Shown one piece after another: positions 1 to 13,949 of a stretch of DNA of 64,000 nt. A program made the translations under genes and the position numbers. Source of the DNA: Lepidodermella squamata (taxonomy: Eukaryota > Animalia > Gastrotricha); contig JBLDXI010000032.1 of NCBI GenBank assembly GCA_047495785.1, forward strand, positions 4,030,001 to 4,094,000. The letters run 5' to 3'. The notes beneath the pieces are model-generated. The model was not told where the DNA came from and searched no databases. It was given only the letters and a program-made list of their open reading frames with translations. The first letter of the stretch is position 1. Every line of letters begins with the position of its first letter.

Positions 1-50
1 AGAAAATCATTCATTTCATAGAAAGATGAATTTATTTTAAGCCGAATATT

Positions 51-1329
51 TTACTTGATCGGCGGGATAGCGAACGTCATCAGCTGCATAACGGCGATGA
101 TGGTACACGGGTAAACTAGATTGACGATGTAGAACATGCTTTTCCGACGAATCACAACTTCGAACCGTAGCCGAGAAAATGTGTTATGCCCCGAAAAGTT
201 GTATGTGTAAGGGTAGACTTTCGCTCCAATATAACACAGGTCCCATTGAGCGCTAAATTTAGCGAAAAAAATACCTATGAATTTAATTAGCCTCATAATT
301 TTATACCTGTTGAGACGATCGTCGAGAAGCATTGTAGACTCTTGAGAGAACTCAAACTTAGCAGTGTCCATGGTCCAGCTTTCAAAGTCGTATGTGCACT
401 AGTAATTTAAATGGGATACATTGAATTCAAAAATTCGAAAAGCTCTCACTTTTTGAGTATCGAATGGGAAAGTAGCCAGGTGTAAATGGCACCAAGTGTT
501 GACGCTACCGGTTGGAATGTATCTAGCGTGTCCGTTGTGTGATAATCTCACGAGAAATTGGTCGTCTCGTGTTAACGTATACGGTCCATCCTCGCTGTTC
601 GACATCTGTAAATGTTGTAATTTGAATTAGTGGCGGAATTCGTTGTATGCCTTACCGCTATATCCGGGACCCATATTTGATTTGTTTGGAAAGTTAAAGC
701 TGTGATGTTTCCGAACTCAGAGGGGTTCCAAGTCAGTCTTTTGTCTTCCCATTCCTAAATTATAGGATAATATGATATCGGCTTAATAAAAATCGGGCAA
801 AATTACAAAATTTAAAGCAACAACTGATTTCAAAGTTCCGTCTCGTTCGTTGGAGCTGATGACTTTGATCAGAAGCAAGTCACACCGGACTACCATGAAG
901 CGTTCCGGCATGATTTCACGGGGATGTTCGTGTAGCAGTAAATTAACCAGTTCACTCGTCATCACTTGATTGTCAAAGGCAGCATCCCCACTCGATATCG
1001 ACAATATTTTGTGATGGCCAACTTTGACTTCCTTCAAGTCTAGAAAATTGAAAAAAATCAATTGTAAACAAAATAATTTCTAATTGTTAGTTACCCAGTC
1101 TATTAGTCGTTGGAGCCTTGTTAGCGAAATGCGCGGCCTTTTTCGGAGTTGGTGTAGATGGGTCAAAGTAATAAGTTTTTCGGTCTTGAATAACAGACGT
1201 TTCTGAAATGAGGTTCCACGCCGGGATGAAACTGACGTTGTCGTCAGATGACCAGCAATTAACGCGTGACCTGGCTACGCGACAAGTAATTAACAGCGCT
1301 ATTTGCACAACGCTACATCCGAATAACAT
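51..1329 (-). CDS. Cys-loop pLGIC subunit A (nAChR/5-HT3-like, non-alpha), multi-exon; M2-M4 lie beyond the left window edge
   Basis: Signal peptide at 1329; spliced exons give WVPDIA-MSNS, Cys-loop CHLHLATFPFDTQK-C, FESW, and pre-M1/M1 RRKSMFYIVNLVYPC; GT-AG introns. Confidence 0.9.
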
Positions 1330-1540
1330 GCTATTTCAATCATTTATTACTAATAGTCTATCGCATGAGTTCAAAAACTGACCGCATAAAATGTTCGGAA
1401 AACAACAATCGCGCAGTGACCACAGTGGATAATTTTTATTCAAATTCAATTATCTTTACACAGTTTATCGCTGATATATGATATTTCTGTTGTCTTTACG
1501 CCAGGACAAGGGAAAACAACAATGCGTCGTAAGAATGAGT

Positions 1541-3586
1541 TCATGTGTCGTGCGCTTCGTCCGAATGAAAATCGGACCCGAAATCGGCAAGTGGGCACGC
1601 GTCCTCTGCTGGTGGCGTAAACAGGTAGATGGGTATGACGAAGGTTAAAATCCCGCAAACTATGAAAACTAGAGAATCGAATCGTGTGAAGACCTCCTCC
1701 CATAACAGTGCATTTCTACGTCGGCTCGACTTTATTTCGGCTTTCAACTTTTCGAGCTCCAGATTTTTCGATTTGTGAGCGCTAATTGAGCCGTGACGAT
1801 GAGTGAAGCATGACGAGAAGTTGTCAACGATTGGTTCGGGCTTCATCTTTGATTTAACTGCGCGAAAGGTCGAGGTGACAATCACTGGCCGGTTGTCACT
1901 AGCCTCAAGAATCGGCGTTAAACAGCAATAATTTCTAAATCTGAACTTCCGAGCCGATTTGTTTTGCCTGACGCTCTTCTTTATAGCAGCAATAGGGGAC
2001 TCGGGCTGAGCGATTAATCGTTCAAGATCGATTTGTCGAGATTTTATCGATGAGCTCAGGAGTTTATTAAGATCGATTTTGCCGTACTTTGGCCCTATAA
2101 CGCGATTTCTTTCATCCTGGCTGTGACTCGGAGTCTTCCATAGCATAGGTACGAATCTTAGAATGTTTACTAGGGCGATGGGTGGCGGGATGTTTTTGAT
2201 TTGTCTATCGCTTCTAGAGATGATGACCGATTCAGCGATACTGAACGCGGCGAAAACAACAATTGCGACAATGTAGTGGCTGAGGGCAGTTATCGCTTCC
2301 GAACTTTTCGGCTTCAGGAAAATAACTCATAAATTAAAATTCCTAATTAAATAAAAGCTTTACCATTTCAGCTTGAAGAATAGTCTGGAACATGAAGAGT
2401 GACAACACATTGACTGTCCCGAATCCGATCCGATCAGGTACAGCTCTAGAGCATACCAAAATTGAAAAAAAATCGAAAATATTTCTGGAAAATGTTAAAC
2501 TTTTTAGAGGGAATAGTGTAGGTGAGCAGCTGGATCACGGAAATCGTGCCGCACGGGAAGACAAGATTGACCAGGTAAAAAGCGGCTTTCCTCTTGACGC
2601 TGATGTCGAATCGAATCCGGGAGAATTTATCGGTGGTGTGCAGTATGTCGTAGTTATGGTCGTAGACGAAGGCTGATCGGTTGCATAACATCCATTGAGT
2701 GCTGTCTAGAGTTTCGTCGATGTAAGCCGTCGATGATCTATCGAATAAAAAGCTGGCAGTATCCATCATCCAGCTTTCAAGCTCGAAGCTACACTGCGTA
2801 AAAACCAAGGTCTAGCATGCGAAAATTACTAACAAAATTTTCTAACGTATTGCATATCATAAGGAAATTGCTCGAGATGAAGCCTGCACCAAGTTTGAAC
2901 CGTACCCTGAGGCACGTATTTCAGTTTCCCTTCATTAGTCATTCTAACGAGAAATTTCGGATCGCGAGTGATGGCATAATGATTTCCAACGCTGTTGACC
3001 AACTGATTGAAAAAGCAATTTTTTATTAAAATATGTAGAAGGTCTTCCTTTACCGCAATATCTGGCGTCCAAAGTTGTTTAGTCGTGAATGTGAGGTCCG
3101 TAACATTGCCAAAAGATGCTGGGTCCCAAGTTAGCCGCTTGTCGTCCCATGTCTACACCTAATTTTTAAGAACTATTATTGTCCTAATCTCAATTTTCTT
3201 ACCATAAAAAATGCGACAACTGATTCGAGAACGCCGTCTTTTTCAATAGCGTGCTTGACTTTGACGAGGAGCAAGTCGCATTTGACGATCATTGGCTGTG
3301 CCGGCAATACTTCCTTAGGATGGGCATTTAAGATCGTTTTAATAAGTTCGTTCGAATAGTCAAGATCGGTCAACATTTGGCCTCGTTTGCGCGACGGCTT
3401 TATTGCATGTCTACCGGCCATGAACTCTCGAGCCCGATTCGCGAGACGAAGAGGTGGCTTCCCCGGCAAAACCACCCTGGTCGCATTCTTTGCTGCACTG
3501 CTCGTAAATAAATGTGAGTATATGGCGGACATTTCGACAAAAGCGAAAAGTAAACTCATCAAGTTGATCGCTAATATACAGCGCAT
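1541..3586 (-). CDS. Cys-loop pLGIC subunit B (non-alpha), multi-exon
   Basis: Likely ATG at 3586 (MRCILAINL); WTPDIA, Cys-loop CRLHLEQFPYDMQY-C, KRKAAFYLVNLVFPC (M1), PDRIGFG (M2), M4 RFDSLVFIVC, stop at 1541. Confidence 0.92.
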
Positions 3587-4091
3587 TTCGGTATATTTGG
3601 ATTTCAACTTCTAACCCACAGCCCGAGAAGAGAAGGAATGTATACTCGTGGTCATTGGTACACATGGTTCCCCTGAGGGCTATTAGCTGAGAGCGATAAT
3701 ATATAAATCAAATAAATTATCTGATGGTCAAATCAAAACGTTTTATTTTTGGGACATTTTCCTCATATTATTGTGCACTGATTTTTCTCGAAATAGTTCG
3801 TTTTTCTCGAAGTCATGTGATCATAATAACTGTTTTCACTTTTTAATTACCTATCAATATTTTGATCGATTTGGGTTTGTTAAACGTGCCGATAAACTTT
3901 AATTATTTAGGTGAAGAGTGACGATGCGACGAACTTCAGGGAAACGGGTGCTAATTTTTTTTACTTCAGCCTCCCCGGGCAATGAAATACCCAAATTTTA
4001 TGAACAATTTTATTTTAACAACATTTTTCGGGATATATATGCATACCAAATAGTAACTTAGAACTAAATTTTCGAATACTGAAGTGAATCA

Positions 4092-5317
4092 TCAGCTCGA
4101 CGAAGTGATCGAATACATATAGCTCATAATGGCAATATGATAAAGCAACAAGGCAACAAAAGTGACGCTGAAACACGCCAAGTCGATGATATGACACAGC
4201 GGGTAAGTGCGCTTGCGATGCCAGAAAAAGCATCGCGGAAGCCGGTACTCTTTCTCAGATGCATCCAGGAAGATATTCGTGAAAAATGCCATCGCAGTCG
4301 AATAGATGGTCATCACCATGGCGAAAATGATGTCGCCAAGGACGTAGTATGCAGCAATTATAGGATTAGGAGTTTTCGGCACGTTGGCTAAAATTTGCGC
4401 CTACAAATTGTGTGTGATTTTAGAAAATTAATCGTAAATTTTGCGAAAATAACCTGTAGGACAAAGATGGACAAAAGAATCGTGCAGGCGTAAGTTGGGC
4501 GATCCGGCATAGACGGTGGTATGAAAAAGGCAGCAAGTTCAAGGATACATAGGATGAACAGCGGTGCGAATAAGTTGATAAAGTAATAATTTGGCCTTCG
4601 AGCAAACGTCAGGTAAAACCTGACTTCGTCGAGTTTGAACTGAGCAATATCGCCGAGAGTACCTAGACCTTCAACCTCAGTTCTTTTAGTAATTAGCCGC
4701 CAGTTGGAGTTGCGAGGCATGCTATATTCCAAGATGTCAAGAATATAAGCCTTTGAAATGTTGACGAACAATTTTAACTGCTTGTTCAAAACCGATACGT
4801 GGCAGGTTTGTTTATCAAAGGGAAATGCCTCGAAATCCATGTCACAGTATGACCGGAAAACACTTAACTGCATGCCGCTGAAGCCACCGAGATCCATTAC
4901 AATGTTCAAGTAGAATTTATCTCCGCCTTGTATTTCCATGTCGGTGATTGAATTCCTGTGCAGTAATTTCGGACGCCAGAACCGGCTTGAATCTATCGAG
5001 GTAAGCATTTTGATCGGTTGAAGCCAATCGCTGGAGAAATACAGATTTTTGACGCACTCAACATTCCAAAAGTACATTATAGCTCCGGCAAACGTGAACG
5101 ACTCTGTGACATCGTCGATTTCAATAAACCTGTCGACTTGTAGACTTATTTCAACATCAGTTGGCCTGTTTTCGAATTCATGCGGCGAGTTGGCCTCAGC
5201 GTTGACATGGCAATGGCTCAGGATGACATCGGTCGGCTTGAAGGCTTCCAATTCGGATTTGTTCACAGCCAAAGTGAATGACGGCAAGAGAGAAATAACA
5301 ATAATTATCGAATTCAT
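4092..5317 (-). CDS. Divergent Cys-loop pLGIC subunit C, two exons, very short M3-M4 loop
   Basis: Signal peptide, WRPKL, Cys-loop CDMDFEAFPFDKQTC, RRPNYYFINLFAP (M1), PDRPTY (M2); one intron about 4401-4454 joins VLQ to AQILANVPKT, then M3 and M4. Confidence 0.9.
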
Positions 5318-5542
5318 GAATTTATTCGATGGGACAAAATCGGGATAAAAAAGCAGATTGAACCAAGCACAATGGCAATTTTTTTTAATTCGTGAGATTT
5401 TTTATTTATTCATCGTCTATAATGCTTAAAAATTGATGATTATACCTAAGCATATACCACGCAAATGATGGAAAAAGGCCGATTTCCAGCGGGAATTTCC
5501 ACCACAGTTTCGTGACTCATTTTCGAATTCAGTTATTAATAA

Positions 5543-7747
5543 TCAATAGTAAGGGTTCACTTGAAGCTCATCATGATGCGGGCAGTCGGTATTTGTCAGT
5601 AAAAGCGGCAGAAATAAACCAAGAGGAAGCGCAATGGAAAGGGGCATGAAAATTATGAATAATAACGCATCAAGTCGATTGACGAACGTGGCCCAGGCGC
5701 GGCCATTACGTAACCTCGCCAATTTTATTGCCATCACATAATTAGGCATGACTTTCGACTTCCCAATAATTGTACTACGGCGTCGATGAGCGGCTGATTT
5801 GCTGAATTTTTTTAATTTTTCAGGGCGCGGATCTTGCTCGAATACGTCATCGTCGTCATGATCGAGGCTCGTGGGATTTTTCGGACTATTTTCCGCGAAA
5901 TCGGCGCTATTTTCTTCCTCTTCCTCCTCTTCCTCTACAATCATTTGAGAAAGCGGGATGAAACTGACAATTTTCGACCCCGAAACTTCAATCATGGACA
6001 AACGCCGATTTTTCAGGCCACCGCCAGATGTTGGAGATCCTTTACTGCCCGGCATTATCGAGACTCGCCTCTTCGTCCCAGCGACTGGCGCGACTTCCTC
6101 ATCGGTGACAACTGTCAACCATTCAGACGGGCTCGGCGGACCTTTCTTCGTCAAACTCGTCTCAGCAAGTTTCAACAAAATGTTACTACTGGTCAAAGAA
6201 TTCCCGCTGGATGAGGGCAGACCACCTACGGAAGACAGACGGTGGTGCTTGTGGCAGGCCTTCCTGTAAGATGACAAGCTCTCTAAACTGAAATGGCGTT
6301 GCTGCTTCAGTGGAGCTGATTTGATTCGTTTCTCCTCTTGTTCAGCTTCCTCAGCCTTCATAGGTGCCTCGCTCCACAATTGCGGCACGTATTCAAGGAG
6401 TCGGAGTATCAAAGCAGGCGGTGGGTATTTCGACGATCTTAGCCATCGCTCGACGCAAACTGATTGCACTATCCCCCCAGATGAAGTTACAATTAGTACC
6501 ATTAAATAATCGGATAAACTCGTGATTGCATCGCTTGATTTTGGCTATAGGAAACATTAGGCTTATGTTCGATTTTAGTGAATGTGAATTGAAAATTACC
6601 ATTTCCTCCTGTAGAGCCGTTTGAAACACGACTAGGGTCAGTACGTTGGTCATTCCGAAGCCAACTCGGTCTGGTAGTGCGCTTTTAAATTAAAAAAATA
6701 AGAAAGCGTCCTTAGTTCCATGGTTGCTAAGGTAAACACGTGCCTTAGCAACCTCTCACTAATTTCAACCTACTCTTTCGAAGGTAGAACAAAGGTGAGC
6801 AGTTGGATCACAGAAAGAGTCAGGCAGGGGAAAATTAAATTGACAATGTAGAAAGTTGACTTGCGCCTGACCACGAAATCGAATCTAATTCGCGAGAAAA
6901 TATCAACTCCGGAGCTGAAATTGTAAGCGTGATCGTAGATGGTGATGTTATGCTGGCACAACGTCCATTGTGGTGACATCAGAAATTCGTCGATCAGGGT
7001 CTGCGAATCCTCACTGAACCGCATCATCGTCCGATCCATAGACCAAGACTCGAATTCGAAGCTACACTAAAACCGAAAATCTATTGAAATACGATCATGG
7101 CAAGAGATTTCACTTACAGTTTGAATATCGAAAGGGAAGGTCATGAGCTTGAGGTGACACCAGCTACGAGACGTGCCAGTCGGGACATACTTCATCGTGC
7201 CATTGTGGGATAAACGAACCATGAAACCGTCGTCTCGCGTGATTGCGTAATGATGATCGGCGCTATTTAGCATTGCAATGTCGGGCGTCCAAACTTTGTC
7301 GGTCTTGAAGCTAAGCACCGAGATGTTGTCGTACTCAGCCGGGTCCCAGGTGAGTCTATTCTCGTACCATTCCATCATCAACGCAATGACAGACTCGAAA
7401 ATGCCTTCCTTCTCGACTGTATTCTTGACTTTTAGTAGGAGGAAGTCGAATTTTACAACAAGAGGACGAGCAGGTAGAACTTCTTTTCTGTAACCACTGT
7501 ACAGCTTTTCGAATAATTCGTTGATTTTTGCTGTGCTAGCGTCGACTGGATAAGTCTTTTTTAACTTTGATTTTGTCTGTGGTCGCTTTTTCGGCGGTTT
7601 TGCTGCTCGTCTTTCGCGCGGTAAATTCGCATCATAGATAGTCGCGTTATCTGGCTCAAAAGAGTTTTCTAGGTCAAAGTCATAACTGGCGAAAATCAGC
7701 TTAATTAAAAGCAAAGCCAGCAAACCGTTTAATAGAATTCGTGGCAT
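5543..7747 (-). CDS. Cys-loop pLGIC subunit D (non-alpha), four exons
   Basis: WTPDIAMLNSAD, CHLKLMTFPFDIQT-C, RRKSTFYIVNLIFPC, PDRVGFG M2, long M3-M4 loop, M4 RLDALLFIIF. Confidence 0.95.
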
Positions 7748-7886
7748 TTTCTTGAAAATTCAAAAAATTCTGCGAAATAAGAAATCCGTTTTGATTGGCA
7801 CTCCGGGGATTTATTGTAAATTGGTATTTTAAAGCGATAACGAAAACAAACAAATCAAGCGATAATTGTTCGCATAATAAATTCGA

Positions 7887-9873
7887 TCAATAATAAGGGT
7901 CAATGTGTTGTTCATCTTGATGCGGACACACATCGTCGCTATCTGTTACATATAGGCGGGAAAACAAGCCCATTGGCAGGACGAGACACATGGCAGCGAA
8001 AGCGATGAACAGAAGCGCGTCGAGTCGGTTGACAAATTTCGCCCACGCCTTGGCATTTTCAATTGTTGCCAACTTTGCGGCTAATGCCTTTTTCGGAATG
8101 TGTTTCGATTTTTCTAAAATTGCCAACTCGTTGTTGCTGACTTCAGATTCGAGAGCTGAACTGTGGCATTGAGCGAAAGTTACAGGCTTTGAATCCGCTA
8201 CTTCGATGTAAGACAGATTTTTACAATAGCTTGATTTTTTCAAGCAAGGCCAAATCGAGTGCGAGAAACTTCCAAAAGCAACAGTTAGCCATTGCGCCTT
8301 CAGTTCATTCGCGCGATTTTGAGCTATTCTGAAGGCGAAATTTGAACTCGACAGGGAATTTCCGCCGTAAATTGACGGCTCACCGCCGACTGATGACACG
8401 CGGTGGTGTCTATTGCAGGCTCGTCGATAGGACGATAGACTATCTTGCGAGTTGAATCGCATTTGAAACGGCTTGCGCGATTCTTCCATCGAAATTCGAA
8501 CTTCATGTTCCTGCCACAATTGCGGCACTTTATCCAACAAATTCATGAGCGATCTCGGTGGAGGTATGTTGGAGTAACGAAGCCAGCGTTCGACGACAAC
8601 TGATTGGACGATACATGCTGCTGAGACGATGATCAAGGCCATAACATAATCTGATAGGCTGTTCACCGCATCGCCAGATTTAGGCTGGAAAATTAAAAAA
8701 AAAAATTAAATACATTTCAATTGCTCAAAAATAACCATTTCTTCTGTAATTATCGATTGAAAGACGCAAAGTGTTAGGACATTAACCATGCCGAAACCGA
8801 CTCGGTCGCAGAGCGCGCTTTAATGAAATTTTTTAAGATTAGTCAGCCTATTTGCATTAATTTACTCTTTGATTGGCAGGACGAAAGTCATTAGTTGAAT
8901 TATGGACAGGGTCAAACATGGGAAAATCAGGTTGACAATGTAGAAGGTCGATTTTCGATGGACAACGAAATCGTATCGAACCCTTGAGAAGATCTCACTA
9001 CCTGACGGGAAGTCGTAGACGTGGTCAAAGACGGTGACATTATGGTGGCACAAAATCCACTGTTCCGAGGAGAAAGAGCGATCAACTAAAACATTGGACA
9101 TGTTGGAGAATTGAATAGAGTTCTTATCGAGCGACCACGACTCGAATTCGAAACTGCACTGAGAAAAAAAAATAATGATTCGCGATTAATCAGGAGATTA
9201 ATCAATTACGGTTTGAATGTCGAACGGAAATGTCATCAGGCGTAAATCGCACCAGCTTCGCGACGGCCCAGTCGGGACAAATTTCATGCTGCCGTCGTGA
9301 GTGACGCGAACCATGAACATGTCGTCACGCGTCATTGCATATTGGTGATCGGCACTGTTGAGCATCGCAACGTCAGGCAGCCATACTTGATCGGTTCGAA
9401 AGTTCAAGGATGTCATATTGCCATAATCAGCCGGGTTCCACTTGAGTCGACGATCTTGCCATTCCTAATAATGCAAAAAATAGGGAGAAAATCATATGGT
9501 AAATAATTTTCGCCACACAAACCATAAACAAAGAGATCACTGTCTCGAAAATTCCTTCCCGTTCAATCGTCGCTTTCACTTTGATTAGCAAAAGATTCAT
9601 CTTTATGACGACAGGCCTCCCTGGTAAGATTTCCTTGCGATACGTTTTATCGAATCGCTCGAAAAGCGCATCAATACGTTCGCCCTGACCGTGCTCATTA
9701 TCAATCGGGCCGTCGCCATCGAATTGCGATTCATCTTCATCTTCATCTGCGATGTCGGGTACCTCATCAGTTTCATCGTCGTTGAAACATCGGGTTCCAG
9801 CGTTAATCGAGCAACTGGCCAAGGTGATTTCGAAAAATAGGAATTCTAAGATGAAAGCTATGAGAATATTCAT
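7887..9873 (-). CDS. Cys-loop pLGIC subunit E (non-alpha), closest paralogue of D
   Basis: WLPDVAMLNSAD, CDLRLMTFPFDIQT-C, CDRVGFG M2; M3-M4 loop shares SLSSYRxACxxHHRxSSVGG with D. Confidence 0.95.
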
Positions 9874-10028
9874 TGTTTTACTTTATAACTTCGAGCATTG
9901 ACACTAAAATGTGTCCCAGTTTTCTTCTGCTTCCCCTGCCACCATAGCGAAATTATTTTCCTAATTCAATAAATTTTATTGTTTTCCAAAATAAGTAACA
10001 TAAGATTTCGATGCCTATAATACAATTT

Positions 10029-12801
10029 TTACAAGGGAGTACTGCATTTATCATCAAAGACTATGAGCGGAACAAACAACAGCAGGGGTATGAACACGGC
10101 CAGCAGCGTGCAAATAATAAATATGATATGGTCAACTTTCGTAACCAGCTCGCCCCACAAAATGCCGTTTTGAATGCGCAATAATTGGTCTTGCACTTTC
10201 GCATCATCGGCGTTGTTGTTGTTATTAGCGATTTCTTTATTGCTATCGTCGATGTGAACTGCCGACGTAACTGCTGGTTCGACGGCGTGCGTGGAACTGA
10301 CCAAACTGTCGTCGAAACTAGGTCGGTTGAAAGGCGTGACGGCTGTTTCGGTTCCGCTTGACTTGTCAAGGCCTATCACATCGCCACTCCGGCCTGGTTT
10401 ACCGCTACCGTAGGAGCAGGGTGTCTCTTTAGCGAATAATTCGTTAGTTTTGAGGGTCGCCATTAGGTAATCGTCATCGTCGCGAGTGGCAGCTCGATGT
10501 ACCCAGGAGTACGTCTCGTTATCCTGGGAAAATAACAAGGAATTTATTTGATTTTCTTGAAAAAAGGAGTCAGCTGTCGTTGTTGGTGCCTGAACGTCGT
10601 AACATGTTTGGGCGGCACCGCATCGGCCAAAGTGGATTGCCAACAGACAACTCATCATCCCCCTTAAGAACCTGATTTTTATAGCTCTAATAAAATCATC
10701 CCCTTCCTAATGTGGACAGATACACAGGCTGCTAAATTATTAGCATATTCTCACTATTTTTTTTATTATTTGGTGTTTTTTATCTTTAATGAGTGCGAAA
10801 TAAAACTTGCATGTTGTGAAGAATCAGGCGGCGCCAATTGCGTGCTGGCTTTAATGAAGGCCTTTGTTATGTGAGGCGCCGCGACACCGGGCGTCACCTG
10901 GCTGCCAGTTGATGCATACCGGTTATTGCCGCCACTCGTTTTCCCGCGCTTTTTCGCCTTATTGTCTTCTTGAGGACTGGCCGGCGGCGATCGAACGCTT
11001 TCTGGCAAAGGCACCCATAGCTGTTGATTTCTGTCCACATCCGCCTCGAACGGATGTTTTATCGCTGGCATGGATTGGGAGTGCGCGGGCGGTTGCAATG
11101 AGCCGGAAGCTCGGCAGCAATTACATTTCGACGGTGGTTCAATCGACTGCGGCTTTTGATCAGCACCACAATCACCGCCTTCTAAAATCATCTGATTTAT
11201 ACCACTCGGCAACTGGGTGCCCCACATCATCGGGCAGATTGACAGTAGGACCATGGCCCATCTCGGCGGGGGGTTTGTAGTCGTTCTCAACAGCCGTTCA
11301 GCTATGACTGATTCGAAAATGCCGACGGCTGATATCAAAATTAGAGCGATGATGTATTTTGATAATGCTGTAACAGCGTCACTAGATTTAGGCATTTCAG
11401 CAGTTACGATTGTTTGAAATACGACCAGGGTGAGCATATTTGTGGTGCCAAAGCCGACTCGATCCGAAGTTGAACTAAAAATTAAGACTTCTAATTTTTC
11501 CAGTTTAGTTAATTGTTCGACTCTTACTCGGTGCTAGGAATTACGAAGACCAGCAGCTGAATCATCGATAGAGTTGCGCACTAGATTCGCCGACAATTCA
11601 ATTCAAAACTAAAATCTCCGATTGAAAAATAAATTACCGGAAAAATTAAATTAATAATGTAAAATGTGCTTTTGCGTCGAACAACGAAATCGAAACGGAC
11701 ACGTGTGAAAAATTCGCCGGTAAAATTGTAGTAGTGCTGATAGACGATGGCGTTGCGTTGGCAAAGCTCCCATTGCGGGCTAAATTAAAGGGGAAAATAT
11801 TCTGTCGGCTCAAGGACTTGCGATTCAACCAACCTTGAAAAGGACTCGTCTACCAACGCTTCAGACGAATCGTTGAAGGTCATTGTACTAAAAACAAAAT
11901 AGTGGATAAAAATTTGATCAGAAATTTGATCCTTTGAGCGAACCTTGAATCCAGCGACCATGATTCAAATTCAAAGCTGCACTAGATGAGGAAAAAAGCA
12001 GTTAACTAAGTGACATCAATGGAAGATTCTTACGGTTTGGACATCGAAAGGAAAAGTAAGCAGTCGAAGATCGCACCAAGTTCTTGCTGTGCCAGTAGGT
12101 ACGAACTGAAAATGGCAAATTAAGGAGGATCAAGGTGCATCGAGTTGAATTTCACCTTCATCGCCCCACTGTGAGACACCCTGACAACAAAACGGGTGTC
12201 CTTCGAAATCGAATACAAATGATCCGCAGAATTTGTCATCTAAAATGGCAAATGTCTTATTTTCTAGGTTAAAGCTGAATTAAAGAATTACAGCAATATC
12301 TGGCAACCAAACTTTGTCGGAATCAAACGCTAAAATTGTTACGTTGTCGTAATCGACGGGATTCCATTTCATTCGCTTATCGGTCCATTCCATGAATAGA
12401 GCGATGACCGACTCGAAAATTCCTTCTTTCTCAATCGTCGATTTGACCTTGAGAAGCAGCAAATCAAGCTTGACCGTTGTCGGTCTGACCGGTACGAGTT
12501 CCTTGTGATAATTGCCGAAAATTTCTTCGAGAAGTTGATTCAGGGCATGACCGCTTTCTTCCCCATTCTCCGATGACTCCTCGTTGTTATTGTTATTGTT
12601 GTTCGAAGATGATGATGAGAATGACGACGAGCCCTGTGGACGCTGATAGTTGTCTCTATCTCGATCAGATTTCGAATCTCGGTCAGATGGAGCAGCCGTG
12701 ACAACTTTCGGAACTTTCTTCATACCTGCGCCATAAACCTGGCCAAGCGGCATCACGCTTAGAATTGCGATTATTACACCCACCGCTGTGGCTAGGTTCA
12801 T
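10029..12801 (-). CDS. Cys-loop pLGIC subunit F (non-alpha), multi-exon
   Basis: ATG 12801 (MNLATAVG signal); WLPDIA-MTNSAD, CDLRLLTFPFDVQT-C, SDRVGFGTTNMLTLVVFQ M2, M4 KVDHIIFIIC. Confidence 0.93.
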
Positions 12802-13153
12802 TTTTTCGCGGGGCAAAAAAAGATACGCAAAAAGATTCGAGTTTCAGTGAGCACAACTTGAAAGCGACACAGGCGGGCTGCTGTTTATGGCTGACCATTT
12901 GGACGTAATATAATTAGACCGACGCGCAAAGACAACAAAAACAACAATAAAGTAGGAATTTTATGTAAATTGCATTAACTCGCGCATTTGCAGTGTTTTT
13001 GATACGAAATTCGATTATTAGGCGTTAATAGGCCACTCTTGTCGACCAAAAGCAGGACATCATTATAATGCGGGCCACGAGTAATTTGCGAAATTTATTA
13101 GAAGAAGCAGCAAAATTAAAAATCAAATTGTTTTATAGGTAAAATTCATTTGT

Positions 13154-13664
13154 TCATTCGATGATGAAATATTTATCGCCATCGTTCGAATAGTGATCAC
13201 CGCTATTGTTGAATTTTATCAAACGAATGTATGTCGGCTTTGATCTGCCTTGATCGATGACCTGGAATAGGACAGAATAAATTTAGTTATAGTCTGATAG
13301 AACTTTCGCCCTGATTTACCGTTATTCCTTCTTCAGATTTTGAGAGCAAAATTGCTGAATGGCCGGTGAATCTGCCGTCGGAAAAAGTTGCTATAGCAGT
13401 ATTCGGTTTGATATCCTCAGCCAGGAGATCACGAACTCGAGCGCCTTGGCGCCATTTTTCGGTCTGAGGCGCTTTACAAGCAGTGCGGATTAATTTAACG
13501 CACGCGCATTCGCCGGCATGTCCCGAGCCACGCATGGGCCCCACCTGTCGACTCGCGCCAACCCATTGGCCAACGGCGAATGAAGCGCACTGATACGACG
13601 CCGAAACGCTAATTAACGCGCAGCAGGCGATTGCCAAGAAAACAGCAAGCAAATGCTGTTTCAT
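13154..13664 (-). CDS. Secreted Tae2/Dae2-like (BPSL0067-type) peptidoglycan amidase, two exons
   Basis: Signal peptide; motifs GECACVKL, APQTEKWRQG, TAIATF, GHSAI; a 58-nt GT-AG intron (13262-13319) restores the C-terminus VIDQGRSKPTYIRLIKFNNSGDHYSNDGDKYFIIE, matching my recollection of the family ending NDGDxxxxIE. Confidence 0.82.
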
Positions 13665-13949
13665 CGCCTGGTCAGTATGCAGTTGGAGAATTTCGAATAA
13701 ATCCTAATGAAATAGCCATTCTTTTATACTAGAGGTGTTTACTGCAACCGATCAGTTTTCAGTCTGCGTCTCGGAGGTATCAAATAGCACGCGCGTGATC
13801 AGGTTGATGAGAGCAACTAATTTGTGTTAATTACTGCATTCTTTCCACTCAATTTTGATTAAATCCAAGATAGAATATCAAGCCGCGAGACCACGGAGAG
13901 CGCGTCACAAAGTAAAACGTCAAATTAATAATTGCTGCTACTGAAAGAT

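Noticed and set aside
13154-13664. Bacterial contamination as the source of the Tae2-like gene
   Set aside because: It has a canonical intron, a signal peptide and contiguous animal flanking genes
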